A stretch of DNA of 64,000 nucleotides from Eledone cirrhosa (GCA_964016885.1 OZ024745.1:8556001-8620000), one strand, 5' to 3'; shown: positions 13,613-28,700, numbered from the stretch's first letter. Notes: generated from the letters alone by a model not told the origin. Translations and numbers: made by a program.

Positions 13613-16600
13613 TCCTGTAGCCAACACTACCCCACCCACTCTAGACTGTCCTGTAGCCAACACTACCCCACCAACCCTATACCCTCCTGTAGCCAACACT
13701 ACCCCACCCACCCTAGGTTGTCCTGTAGCCAACACTACCCCACCCCACCCTAGACTGTACTGTAGCCAACACTACCACACCCACCCTAGACTGTCCTGTA
13801 GCCAACACTACCCCACCCTAGATTGTCCTGTAGCCAACACTACCCCGCCCACCCTAGACTGTCCTGTTGCCAACACTACGCCACCTACCCTAGTCTGTCC
13901 TGTAGCCAACACTACCCCACCCACCTTAAACTGTCCTGTAGCCAACTCTACGCCACCCACCCTAGAATGTCCTGTAGCCAACACTACCCCAGGATAGCCA
14001 ACACTACCCCACCCATCCTAGAATGTCCGGTAGCCAACACTACCCCACCCAGCCTAGACTGTCCTGTAGCCAACACTACCCCACCCACCCTAGAATGTCC
14101 TGTAGCCAACTCTACTCCACCCTAGACTCTCCTGTCGCCAACACTACCCCACCCACCCTAGAATGTCCTGTAGCCAACACTACCCCACCCACCCTCAAGT
14201 TCCTGTAGCCAACACTACTCCACCCACCTTAGACTGTCCTGAAGTCACACTTCCCCACCCAAACTCGAATGTCCTGTAGCCAACACTACCCCACCCACCT
14301 TAGACTGTCCTGAAGCCAATACTACCCCACCCACCTTAGACTGTCCTGTAGCCAACACTACCCCACCCACCCTAGAATATCCTGTAGCCAAAACTACCCC
14401 ACAAACCTCAGAATGTTCTGAAGCCAACAGTACCCCACACACATTAGACTGTCCTATAGCCAACACTACCCCAACAGCCTTAGACTGTCCTGTAGCCAAC
14501 ACCACCCCAACCTCCTTAGACTGTCCTGTAGCCAACACTATCCCACCCACATTAGACTGTCCTGTAGCCAACACTACCCCACCCACTCTAGACTGTCCTG
14601 TAGCCAACACTACCCCACCCACCATAGACTGTCCTGTAGCCAACACTACTGCACCCTAGACTGTCCCGTTGCCAACACTACCCCACCCTAGACTGTCCTA
14701 AAGCCAACACTACCCAACCCACCCTAGACTGTCCTGTAGCCAACACTACCCACCCACCCTAGACTCTCCTGTAGCCAACACTACCTCACCCACCTTAGAA
14801 TGTCCTGTAGCTAACACTACCCCACCCACCCTAGACTGTACTGTAGCCAATGCTACCCCACCCACCTTAGTCTGTCCTGAAGCCAACACTACCCCACCCA
14901 CTCTAGACTGTGCTGTACCCAACACTACCCCACCCACCTTAGTCTGTCCTGAAGCCAACACTACCCCACCCACCTTAGACTGTCCTGTAGCCAACACTAC
15001 CCCACCCAACCTATACTGTCCTGTAGCCAACACTACCCCACCCAACCTATACTGTCCTGTAGCCAACACTACCCCACCCAACCTAGAGTGTCCTGTAGCC
15101 AACACTACCCCACCAACCCTCAAGGTCCTGTAGCCAACACTACCCCACCCACCTTAGCATGTCCTGTAGCCAACACTACCCCACCCAACCTAGACTATCA
15201 TGTAGCCAACACTACCCCACCCACCCTAGACTATCCTGTAGCCAACACTACCCCACCCACCGTAGAATGTCCTGTAGCCAACACTACCCCACCCTAGACT
15301 GTTCTCTAGCCAACACTACCCCACCCACCTTAGACTGTCCTGTATCCGACACTACCAACCCCACCCTAGACTGTCCTGTAGCCAACACTACCGCACCCAC
15401 CCTAGACAGTCCTGTAGCCGACACTACCCCCCCCCACCTTAGACTGTCCTGTAGCCAACACGAGCCCACCCACCCTAGACTGTCCTGTAGCCAACACTAC
15501 CCCACCCATCTTAGACTGTCCTGTAGCCAACACTACCCCACCCACCCTAGACTGTCCTGTAGCCAACACTACCCCACCCATCCTAGACTGTCCTGTAGCC
15601 AACACTACCCCACCCACCCTGGACAGTCCTGTAGCCAACAATACCCCCCTTAGACTGTCCAGAAGCCAACACTACCCCACCCACCTTAGACTGTCCTGTA
15701 GCCAACACTACCTCACCCACCTATGACTGTCCTGTAGCCAACACTACCCACCTACTGTAGAATGTCCTGTAGCCAACACTACCCCACCCACCCTAGACTG
15801 TCCTGTAGCCAACACTACCCCAGCCACCCTACACTGTCCTGTAGCCAACACTACCCTACCCACCCTAGACTGTCCTGTAGCCGACACTAACCCACCCACC
15901 TTCAAGGTCCTGTAGCCCACACTAGTCCACCCACTCTAGACTGTCCTGTAGCCAACACTACCCCACCCACTCTAGACTGTCCTGTAGCCAACACTACCCC
16001 ACTTACCTTAGACTGTCCTGTAGCCAACACTACCCCACCCACCTTATACTGTCCTGAAGCCAACACTACCCCAACAAACTTAGACTGTCCTGTAGCCAAC
16101 ACTACTCCACCCACTCTAGACTGTCCTGTAGCCAACACTACCCCACCCACCCTAGACTGTCCTGTAGCCAACACTACCCCACCCAACCTAGAATATCCTA
16201 TAGCCAACACTACCCCACCCACCTTAGAATGTCGTGAAGCCATTACTACCCCACCCACCCTAGACTGTCCTGTAGCTAACTCTACCCCACCCACCTAGAC
16301 TGTCCTGTAGCCAACACTACCCACCTACTGTAGACTGTCCAGTAGCCAACACTACCCCACCCACCCTAGACTGTCCTGAAGCCAATACTACCCCACCCAC
16401 CCTAGAATATCCTATAGCCAACACTACTCCACCCACTCTAGACTGTCCTGCAGCCAACACTACCCCACCCACTCTAGACTGTCCTGCAGCCAACACTACC
16501 CCACCTACCTTAGACTGTCCTGTAGCCAGCACTACCCCACCCACACTAGACTGTCCTGTAGCCCACACTACCCCACCCTAGACTGTCCTGTAGCCAACAC

Positions 16601-19600
16601 TACCCCACCTACCTTAGACTGTCCTGTAGCCAACACTACCCCACCTACCTTAGACTGTCCTGTAGCCAACACTACCCCACCCACCTTATACTGTCCTGAA
16701 GCCAACACTACCCCAACAAACTTAGACTGTCCTGTAGCCAGCACTACCCCACCCACACTAGACTGTCCTGTAGCCCACACTACCCCACCCTAGACTGTCC
16801 TGTAGCCAACACTACCCCACCTACCTTAGACTGTCCTGTAGCCAACACTACCCCACCCACCCTAGAATGTCCTGTAGCCAACACTACCCCAGCCACCCTA
16901 CACTATCCTGTAGCCAACACTACCCTACCCACCCTAGACTGTCCTGTAGCCGACACTAACCCACCCACCTTCAAGGTCCTGTAGCCCACACTACTCCACC
17001 CACTCTAGACTGTCCTGAAGCCAACACTACCCCACCCACCTTAGACTGTCCTGTAGCCAGCACTACCCCACCCCACCCTAGACTGTCCTGTTGCCAACAC
17101 TACCCCACCCACCTTAGACCGTCCTGAAGCCAACACCACCCCACCCTCCTTAGACTGTCCTGTAGCCAACACTACCCCACCCACATTAGACTGTCCTGTA
17201 GCCAACACTATCCCACCCACCCTAGACTGTCCTGTAGCCAACACTACCCCACCTACTGTAGAATGTCCTGTAGCCAACACTACCCCACCCTAGACTGTCC
17301 TGTAGCCAACACTACCCCACCCACCCTAGAATGTCCTCTAGCCAACACTACCCCACCCTAGACTGTCCTGTAGCCAACACTACCCCACCCACCCTAGACT
17401 GTCCTGTAGCCAACACTACCCCAGCCACCCTACACTGTCCTGTAGCCAACACTACCCTACCCACCCTAGACTGTCCTGTAGCCGACACTAACCCACCCAC
17501 CTTCAAGGTCCTGTAGCCCACACTACTCCACCCACTCTAGACTGTCCTGTAGCCAACACTACCCCACCCACTCTAGACTGTCCTGTAGCCAACACTACCC
17601 CACCCACCCTAGACTGTCCGGTAGCCAACATTACCCCACCCACCTTAGACTGTCCTGAAGCCAACACTACCCCACCCACCTTAGACTGTCCTGAAGCCAG
17701 CACTACCCCACCCACCCTAGACTGTCCTGTAGCCCACACTACCCCACCCTAGACTGTCCTGTAGCCAACACTACCCAACCCACCCTAGACTGTCCTGTAG
17801 CCAACACTACCCACCCACCCTAGACTCTCCTGTAGCCAACACTACCCCACCCACCTTAGACCGTCCTGAAGCCAACACTACCCCACCCACCTTAGAATGT
17901 CCTTTAGCTAACAATACCCCAGCCACCCTAGACTGTCCTGTAGCCAACACTACCCCACCCACCTTAGAATGTCCTTTAGCTAACACTACCCCAGCCACCC
18001 TAGACTGTCCTGTAGCCAATACTACCCCACCCACCTTAGTCTGTCCTGAAGCCAACACTACCCCACCCAGCTTAGAATGTCCTGTAGCCAACACTACCCC
18101 ACCCACCTTAGACTGTCCTGTAGCCAGCACTACCCCACCCACCTTAGACTGTCCTGAAGCCAACACTACCCCACCCACCCTAGACTGTCCTGTAGCCAAC
18201 ACTACCCTACCCATCCTCAAGGTCCTGTAGCCAACACTACCCCACCCAACCTTAGACTGTCCTGTAGCCAACACTACCCCACCCACCTTAGACTGTCCTG
18301 TAGCCAACACTACCCCACCCACCCTAGACTGTCCTGTATCCAACACTACCCCACCCATGTTAGACTGTCCTGTAGCCAACACAAGCCCATCCACCCTAGA
18401 CTGTCCTGTAGCCAACACTACCCCACCCACCCTAGACTGTCCTGTAGCCAATACTACCCCACCTACCCTAGAATGTCCTGTAGCCAACACTACCCCACCC
18501 ACCCTAGAATGTCCTGTAGTCAACACTACCCCACCCACCCTAGAATGTCCTGTAGCCAACACTACCCTACCCACCCTAGAATGTCATGTAGCCAACACTA
18601 CCCCACCCACCCTAGAATGTCCTGTAGTCAACACTACCCCCACCCACCCTAGAATGTCCTGTAGTCAACACTACCCCACCCACCCGAGAATGTCCTGTAG
18701 CCAACACTACCCCACCACACTCTAGAATGCCCTGTATTCAACACTACTCCACCCACCCTAGAATGTCCTGTAGCCAACACTACCCCACCCCACACTAGAC
18801 TGTCCTGTAGCCAACACTACCCCACCCCACCCTAGAATGTCCTGTAGCCAACACTACCCCACCCACCCGAGAATGTCCTGTAGCCAACACTACCCCACCC
18901 CACTCTAGAATGCCCTGTATTCAACACTACTCCACCCACCCTAGAATGTCCTGTAGCCAACACTACCCCACCCCACACTAGACTGTCCTGTAGCCAACAC
19001 TACCCCACCCACCCTAGAATGTCCTGTAGCCAACACTACCCCACCCACCCTAGAATGTCCTGTAGTCAACACTACCCCACCCACCCTAGAATGTCCTGTA
19101 GTCAACACTACCCCACCCACCCTAGAATGTCCTGTAGTCAACACTACCCACCTACTGTAGAATGTCCTGTAGTCAACACTACCCCACCCACCCTAGAATG
19201 TCCTGTAGTCAACACTACCTCACCCACCCTAAAATGTCCTGTAGTCAACACTACCCCACCCACCCTAGAATGTCCTGTAGTCAACACTACCCCACCCACC
19301 CTAGAATGTCCTGTAGTCAACACTACCTCACCCACCCTAAAATGTCCTGTAGTCAACACTACCCCACCCACCCTAGAATGTCCTGGACCCAACACTACCC
19401 CACCCACCCTAGAATGTCCTGGAGCCAACACTACCCCACCCACCCTAGAATGTCCTGTAGTCAACACTACCCCACCCACCCTAGAATGTCCTGTAGTCAA
19501 CACTACCCCACCACCCTAGACTGTCCTGTAGCCAACACTACCCCACTCACTCTAGAATGTCCTGTAGCCAACACTACCCCACCCACACTAGACTGTCCTG

Positions 19601-19712
19601 TAGCCAACACTACCCCACCCCACTCTAGAATGTCCTGTAGCCAACACTACCCCACCACCCTAGACAGTCCTGTAGCCTGTACTACCCCACCCACCCTAGA
19701 ATGTCCTGTAGC
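13611..19712 (-). repeat. 36-bp satellite, right arm (same family, inverted)
   Basis: Reverse-complement unit CTGTCCTGTAGCCAACACTACCCCACCCACCCTAGA starts abruptly at GTAGTGT|TG|TCCTGTAG and ends at ...GTCCTGTAGC (19712). Confidence 0.98.
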
Positions 19713-19794
19713 AATGTATGGAGTATATCGTTTAATGACAGCAGACAATATACTCCATACATTGTCTGCTGTCATTAAACAATATATGGAGTAT
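19712..19794. other. Unique linker made of nested inverted repeats (A-B-A'-B'-partial A) between two satellites
   Basis: A=CAATGTATGGAGTATAT (19712-19728), A' at 19748-19764. B=GTTTAATGACAGCAGACAAT (19730-19749), B' at 19761-19780. AATATATGGAGTAT at 19781-19794 is a partial A copy. Confidence 0.92.
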
Positions 19795-19796
19795 GT

Positions 19797-22700
19797 TGTT
19801 ATATCTCATGGTATCACCACTTGAAAGGTTGGTCTGTCATATCTCATGGTATCACCACTTGAAAGGTTGGTCTGTCATATCTCATGGTATCACCACTACC
19901 ACTTGAAAGGTTGGTCTGTTATATCTCATGGTATCACCACTTGAAAGGTTGGTCTGTCATATCTCATGGTATCACCACCACCACTTGAAAGGTTGGTCTG
20001 TCATATCTCATGGTATCACCACTTGAAAGGTTGGTCTGTCATATCTCATGGTATCACCACCACCACTTGAAAGGTTGGTCTGTCATATCTCATGGTATCA
20101 CCACTTGAAAGGTTGGTCTGTCATATCTCATGGTATCACCACTTGAAAGGTTGGTCTGTCATATCTCATGGTATCACCACTACCACTTGAAAGGTTGGTC
20201 TGTCATATCTCATGGTATCACCACCACCACTTGAAAGGTTGGTCTGTTATATCTCATGGTATCACCACTTGAAAGGTTGGTCTGTCATATCTCATGGTAT
20301 CACCACTACCACTTGAAAGGTTGGTCTGTCATATCTCATGGTATCACCACTTGAAAGGTTGGTCTGTCATATCTCATGGTATCACCACTTGAAAGGTTGG
20401 TCTGTCATATCTCATGGTATCACCACTTGAAAGGTTGGTCTGTCATATCTCATGGTATCACCACTTGAAAGGTTGGTCTGTCATATCTCATGGTATCACC
20501 ACTACCACTTGAAAGGTTGGTCTGTTATATCTCATGGTATCACCACTTGAAAGGTTGGTCTGTCATATCTCATGGTATCACCACTTGAAAGGTTGGTCTG
20601 TCATATCTCATGGTATCACCACTACCACTTGAAAGGTTGGTCTGTTATATCTCATGGTATCACCACTTGAAAGGTTGGTCTGTCATATCTCATGGTATCA
20701 CCACTACCACTTGAAAGGTTGGTCTGTCATATCTCATGGTATCACCACTTGAAAGGTTGGTCTGTCATATCTCATGGTATCACCACTTGAAAGGTTGGTC
20801 TGTCATATCTCATGGTATCACCACTACCACTTGAAAGGTTGGTCTGTCATATCTCATGGTATCACCACTACCACTTGAAAGGTTGGTCTGTCATATCTCA
20901 TGGTATCACCACTACCACTTGAAAGGTTGGTCTGTCATATCTCATGGTATCACCACTTGAAAGGTTGGTCTGTCATATCTCATGGTATCACCACTACCAC
21001 TTGAAAGGTTGGTCTGTTATATCTCATGGTATCACCACTTGAAAGGTTGGTCTGTCATATCTCATGGTATCACCACTACCACTTGAAAGGTTGGTCTGTC
21101 ATATCTCATGGTATCACCACTTGAAAGGTTGGTCTGTCATATCTCATGGTATCACCACTACCACTTGAAAGGTTGGTCTTTCATATCTCATGGTATCACC
21201 ACTTGAAAGGTTGGTCTGTTATATCTCATGGTATCACCACTTGAAAGGTTGGTCTGTCATATCTCATGGTATCACCACTACCACTTGAAAGGTTGGTCTG
21301 TCATATCTCATGGTATCACCACTACCACTTGAAAGGTTGGTCTGTCATATCTCATGGTATCACCACTTGAAAGGTTGGTCTGTCATATCTCATGGTATCA
21401 CCACTTGAAAGGTTGGTCTGTCATATCTCATGGTATCACCACTACCACTTGAAAGGTTGGTCTGTCATATCTCATGGTATCACCACTTGAAAGGTTAGTC
21501 TGTCATATCTCATGGTATCACCACTACCACTTGAAAGGTTGGTCTGTTATATCTCATGGTATCACCACTTGAAAGGTTGGTCTGTCATATCTCATGGTAT
21601 CACCACTACCACTTGAAAGGTTGGTCTGTCATATCTCATGGTATCACCACTTGAAAGGTTGGTCTGTCATATCTCATGGTATCACCACTACCACTTGAAA
21701 GGTTGGTCTGTCATATCTCATGGTATCACCACTACCACTTGAAAGGTTGGTCTTTCATATCTCATGGTATCACCACTTGAAAGGTTGGTCTGTTATATCT
21801 CATGGTATCACCACTTGAAAGGTTGGTCTGTCATATCTCATGGTATCACCACTACCACTTGAAAGGTTGGTCTGTCATATCTCATGGTATCACCACTACC
21901 ACTTGAAAGGTTGGTCTGTCATATCTCATGGTATCACCACTTGAAAGGTTGGTCTGTCATATCTCATGGTATCACCACTTGAAAGGTTGGTCTGTCATAT
22001 CTCATGGTATCACCACTACCACTTGAAAGGTTGGTCTGTCATATCTCATGGTATCACCACTTGAAAGGTTGGTCTGTCATATCTCATGGTATCACCACTA
22101 CCACTTGAAAGGTTGGTCTGTTATATCTCATGGTATCACCACTTGAAAGGTTGGTCTGTCATATCTCATGGTATCACCACTACCACTTGAAAGGTTGGTC
22201 TGTTATATCTCATGGTATCACCACTTGAAAGGTTGGTCTGTCATATCTCATGGTATCACCACTTGAAAGGTTGGTCTGTCATATCTCATGGTATCACCAC
22301 TTGAAAGGTTGGTCTGTCATATCTCATGGTATCACCACTACCACTTGAAAGGTTGGTCTGTCATATCTCATGGTATCACCACTTGAAAGGTTGGTCTGTC
22401 ATATCTCATGGTATCACCACTACCACTTGAAAGGTTGGTCTGTTATATCTCATGGTATCACCACTTGAAAGGTTGGTCTGTCATATCTCATGGTATCACC
22501 ACTACCACTTGAAAGGTTGGTCTGTTATATCTCATGGTATCACCACTTGAAAGGTTGGTCTGTCATATCTCATGGTATCACCACTTGAAAGGTTGGTCTG
22601 TCATATCTCATGGTATCACCACTTGAAAGGTTGGTCTGTCATATCTCATGGTATCACCACTACCACTTGAAAGGTTGGTCTGTCATATCTCATGGTATCA

Positions 22701-25700
22701 CCACTTGAAAGGTTGGTCTGTCATATCTCATGGTATCACCACTACCACTTGAAAGGTTGGTCTGTTATATCTCATGGTATCACCACTTGAAAGGTTGGTC
22801 TGTCATATCTCATGGTATCACCACTACCACTTGAAAGGTTAGTCTGTCATATCTCATGGTATCACCACTTGAAAGGTTGGTCTGTCATATCTCATGGTAT
22901 CACCACTACCACTTGAAAGGTTGGTCTGTCATATCTCATGGTATCACCACTACCACTTGAAAGGTTGGTCTTTCATATCTCATGGTATCACCACTTGAAA
23001 GGTTGGTCTGTTATATCTCATGGTATCACCACTTGAAAGGTTGGTCTGTCATATCTCATGGTATCACCACTACCACTTGAAAGGTTGGTCTGTCATATCT
23101 CATGGTATCACCACTACCACTTGAAAGGTTGGTCTGTCATATCTCATGGTATCACCACTTGAAAGGTTGGTCTCTCATATCTCATGGTATCACCACTACC
23201 ACTTGAAAGGTTGGTCTGTCATATCTCATGGTATCACCACTTGAAAGGTTGGTCTGTCATATCTCATGGTATCACCACTACCACTTGAAAGGTTGGTCTG
23301 TCATATCTCATGGTATCACCACTTGAAAGGTTGGTCTGTCATATCTCATGGTATCACCACTACCACTTGAAAGGTTGGTCTGTCATATCTCATGGTATCA
23401 CCACTACCACTTGAAAGGTTGGTCTGTCATATCTCATGGTATCACCACTTGAAAGGTTGGTCTGTCATATCTCATGGTATCACCACTACCACTTGAAAGG
23501 TTGGTCTGTCATATCTCATGGTATCACCACTACCACTTGAAAGGTTGGTCTGTCATATCTCATGGTATCACCACCACCACTTGAAAGGTTGGTCTGTCAT
23601 ATCTCATGGTATCACCACTACCACTTGAAAGGTTGGTCTGTCATATCTCATGGTATCACCACTACCACTTGAAAGGTTGGTCTGTCATATCTCATGGTAT
23701 CACCACCACCACTTGAAAGGTTGGTCTGTCATATCTCATGGTATCACCACTACCACTTGAAAGGTTGGTCTGTCATATCTCATGGTATCACCACTACCAC
23801 TTGAAAGGTTGGTCTGTCATATCTCATGGTATCACCACTACCACTTGAAAGGTTGGTCTGTCATATCTCATGGTATCACCACTTGAAAGGTTGGTCTCTC
23901 ATATCTCATGGTATCACCACCACCACTTGAAAGTTTGGTCTGTCATATCTCATGGTATCACCACTACCACTTGAAAGGTTGGTCTGTCATATCTCATGGT
24001 ATCACCACTTGAAAGGTTGGTCTGTCATATCTCATGGTATCACCACTACCACTTGAAAGGTTGGTCTGTTATATCTCATGGTATCACCACTTGAAAGGTT
24101 GGTCTGTCATATCTCATGGTATCACCACTACCACTTGAAAGGTTGGTCTCTCATATCTCATGGTATCACCACCACCACTTGAAAGGTTGGTCTGTTATAT
24201 CTCATGGTATCACCACTTGAAAGGTTGGTCTGTCATATCTCATGGTATCACCACTACCACTTGAAAGGTTGGTCTTTCATATCTCATGGTATCACCACTT
24301 GAAAGGTTGGTCTGTTATATCTCATGGTATCACCACTTGAAAGGTTGGTCTGTCATATCTCATGGTATCACCACTACCACTTGAAAGGTTGGTCTGTCAT
24401 ATCTCATGGTATCACCACTACCACTTGAAAGGTTGGTCTGTTATATCTCATGGTATCACCACTTGAAAGGTTGGTCTGTTATATCTCATGGTATCACCAC
24501 TTGAAAGGTTGGTCTGTCATATCTCATGGTATCACCACTACCACTTGAAAGTTTGGTCTGTTATATCTCATGGTATCACCACTTGAAAGGTTGGTCTGTC
24601 ATATCTCATGGTGTCACCACTTGAAAGGTTGGTCTGTCATATCTCATGGTATCACCACTTGAAAGGTTGGTCTGTTATATCTCATGGTATCACCACTTGA
24701 AAGTTTGGTCTGTTATATCTCATGGTATCACCACTTGAAAGTTTGGTCTGTTATATCTCATGGTATCACCACTTGAAAGGTTGGTCTGTTATATCTCATG
24801 GTATCACCACTTGAAAGGTTGGTCTGTCATATCTCATGGTATCACCACTTCAAAGGTTGGTCTGTTATATCTCATGGTATCACCACCTGAAAGGTTGGTC
24901 TGTTATATCTCATGGTATCACCACTTGAAAGTTTGGTCTGTTATATCTCATGGTATCACCACTTGAAAGGTTGGTCTGTCATATCTCATGGTATCACCAC
25001 TTGAAAGATAGGTCTGTCATATCTCATGGTATCACCACTTGAAAGGTTGGTCTGTCATATCTCATGGTATCACCACTACCACTTGAAAGGTTGGTCTGTC
25101 ATATCTCATGGTATCACCACTACCACTTGAAAGGTTGGTCTGTCATATCTCATGGTATCACCACTTGAAAGGTTGGTCTGTCATATCTCATGGTATCACC
25201 ACTACCACTTGAAAGGTTGGTCTGTCATATCTCATGGTATCACCACTACCACTTGAAAGGTTGGTCTGTCATATCTCATGGTATCACCACCACCACTTGA
25301 AAGGTTGGTCTGTCATATCTCATGGTATCACCACTACCACTTGAAAGGTTGGTCTGTCATATCTCATGGTATCACCACTACCACTTGAAAGGTTGGTCTG
25401 TCATATCTCATGGTATCACCACCACCACTTGAAAGGTTGGTCTGTCATATCTCATGGTATCACCACTACCACTTGAAAGGTTGGTCTGTCATATCTCATG
25501 GTATCACCACTACCACTTGAAAGGTTGGTCTGTCATATCTCATGGTATCACCATTACCACTTGAAAGGTTGGTCTGTCATATCTCATGGTATCACCACTT
25601 GAAAGGTTGGTCTCTCATATCTCATGGTATCACCACCACCACTTGAAAGGTTGGTCTGTCATATCTCATGGTATCACCACTACCACTTGAAAGGTTGGTC

Positions 25701-28700
25701 TGTCATATCTCATGGTATCACCACTACCACTTGAAAGGTTGGTCTGTCATATCTCATGGTATCACCACTACCACTTGAAAGGTTGGTCTGTCATATCTCA
25801 TGGTATCACCACTACCACTTGAAAGGTTGGTCTGTCATATCTCATGGTATCACCACTTGAAAGGTTGGTCTCTCATATCTCATGGTATCACCACCACCAC
25901 TTGAAAGGTTGGTCTGTCATATCTCATGGTATCACCACTACCACTTGAAAGGTTGGTCTGTCATATCTCATGGTATCACCACTTGAAAGGTTGGTCTCTC
26001 ATATCTCATGGTATCACCACCACCACTTGAAAGGTTGGTCTGTTATATCTCATGGTATCACCACTTGAAAGGTTGGTCTGTCATATCTCATGGTATCACC
26101 ACTACCACTTGAAAGGTTGGTCTTTCATATCTCATGGTATCACCACTTGAAAGGTTGGTCTGTTATATCTCATGGTATCACCACTTGAAAGGTTGGTCTG
26201 TCATATCTCATGGTATCACCACTACCACTTGAAAGGTTGGTCTGTCATATCTCATGGTATCACCACTACCACTTGAAAGGTTGGTCTGTCATATCTCATG
26301 GTATCACCACTTGAAAGGTTGGTCTGTCATATCTCATGGTATCACCACTTGAAAGGTTGGTCTGTCATATCTCATGGTATCACCACTACCACTTGAAAGG
26401 TTGGTCTGTCATATCTCATGGTATCACCACTTGAAAGGTTGGTCTGTCATATCTCATGGTATCACCACTACCACTTGAAAGGTTGGTCTGTTATATCTCA
26501 TGGTATCACCACTTGAAAGGTTGGTCTGTCATATCTCATGGTATCACCACTACCACTTGAAAGGTTGGTCTGTCATATCTCATGGTATCACCACTTGAAA
26601 GGTTGGTCTGTCATATCTCATGGTATCACCACTACCACTTGAAAGGTTGGTCTGTCATATCTCATGGTATCACCACTACCACTTGAAAGGTTGGTCTTTC
26701 ATATCTCATGGTATCACCACTTGAAAGGTTGGTCTGTTATATCTCATGGTATCACCACTTGAAAGGTTGGTCTGTCATATCTCATGGTATCACCACTACC
26801 ACTTGAAAGGTTGGTCTGTCATATCTCATGGTATCACCACTACCACTTGAAAGGTTGGTCTGTTATATCTCATGGTATCACCACTTGAAAGGTTGGTCTG
26901 TTATATCTCATGGTATCACCACTTGAAAGGTTGGTCTGTCATATCTCATGGTATCACCACTACCACTTGAAAGTTTGGTCTGTTATATCTCATGGTATCA
27001 CCACTTGAAAGGTTGGTCTGTCATATCTCATGGTATCACCACTTGAAAGGTTGGTCTGTCATATCTCATGGTATCACCACTTGAAAGGTTGGTCTGTTAT
27101 ATCTCATGGTATCACCACTTGAAAGTTTGGTCTGTTATATCTCATGGTATCACCACTTGAAAGTTTGGTCTGTTATATCTCATGGTATCACCACTTGAAA
27201 GGTTGGTCTGTTATATCTCATGGTATCACCACTTGAAAGGTTGGTCTGTCATATCTCATGGTATCACCACTTGAAAGGTTGGTCTGTTATATCTCATGGT
27301 ATCACCACTTGAAAGGTTGGTCTGTTATATCTCATGGTATCACCACTTGAAAGTTTGGTCTGTTATATCTCATGGTATCACCACTTGAAAGGTTGGTCTG
27401 TCATATCTCATGGTATCACCACTTGAAAGATAGGTCTGTCATATCTCATGGTATCACCACTTGAAAGGTTGGTCTGTCATATCTCATGGTATCACCACTT
27501 GAAAGGTTGGTCTGTCATATCTCATGGTATCACCACTTGAAAGGTTGGTCTGTTATATCTCATGGTATCACCACTTGAAAGGTTGGTCTGTTATATCTCA
27601 TGGTATCACCACTTGAAAGGTTGGTCTGTCATATCTCATGGTATCACCACTACCACTTGAAAGGTTGGTCTGTTATATCTCATGGTATCACCACTTGAAA
27701 GGTTGGTCTGTTATATCTCATGGTATCACCACTTGAAAGGTTGGTCTGTCATATCTCATGGTATCACCACTACCACTTGAAAGTTTGGTCTGTTATATCT
27801 CATGGTATCACCACTTGAAAGGTTGGTCTGTCATATCTCATGGTATCACCACTTGAAAGGTTGGTCTGTCATATCTCATGGTATCACCACTTGAAAGGTT
27901 GGTCTGTCATATCTCATGGTATCACCACTTGAAAGGTTGGTCTGTCATATCTCATGGTATCACCACTACCACTTGAAAGGTTGGTCTGTTATATCTCATG
28001 GTATCACCACTTGAAAGGTTGGTCTGTTATATCTCATGTTATCACCACTACCACTTGAAAGGTTGGTCTGTCATATCTCATGGTATCACCACTTGAAAGG
28101 TTGGTCTGTCATATCTCATGGTATCACCACTACCACTTGAAAGTTTGGTCTGTTATATCTCATGGTATCACCACTTGAAAGGTTGGTCTGTCATATCTCA
28201 TGGTATCACCACTTGAAAGGTTGGTCTGTCATATCTCATGGTATCACCACTACCACTTGAAAGGTTGGTCTGTCATATCTCATGGTATCACCACTTGAAA
28301 GGTTGGTCTGTCATATCTCATGGTATCACCACTACCACTTGAAAGGTTGGTCTGTTATATCTCATGGTATCACCACTTGAAAGGTTGGTCTGTTATATCT
28401 CATGGTATCACCACTACCACTTGAAAGGTTGGTCTGTCATATCTCATGGTATCACCACTACCACTTGAAAGGTTGGTCTGTCATATCTCATGGTATCACC
28501 ACTACCACTTGAAAGGTTGGTCTGTCATATCTCATGGTATCACCACTACCACTTGAAAGGTTGGTCTGTCATATCTCATGGTATCACCACTACCACTTGA
28601 AAGGTTGGTCTGTCATATCTCATGGTATCACCACTTGAAAGGTTGGTCTGTTATATCTCATGGTATCACCACTACACTTGAAAGGTTGGTCTGTTATATC

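Noticed and set aside
1-19712. True telomeric repeat or telomere fusion site
   Set aside because: There is no (TTAGGG)n run, only TAGGG within a 36-bp unit.
252-19824. Many ORFs with VGGVVLATGQSR, CSQHYPTHPRLS or CPVANTTPPTLD repeats as repetitive proteins
   Set aside because: They are translations of a 36-bp satellite, open on both strands, with frequent non-triplet indels and no splice or codon evidence.
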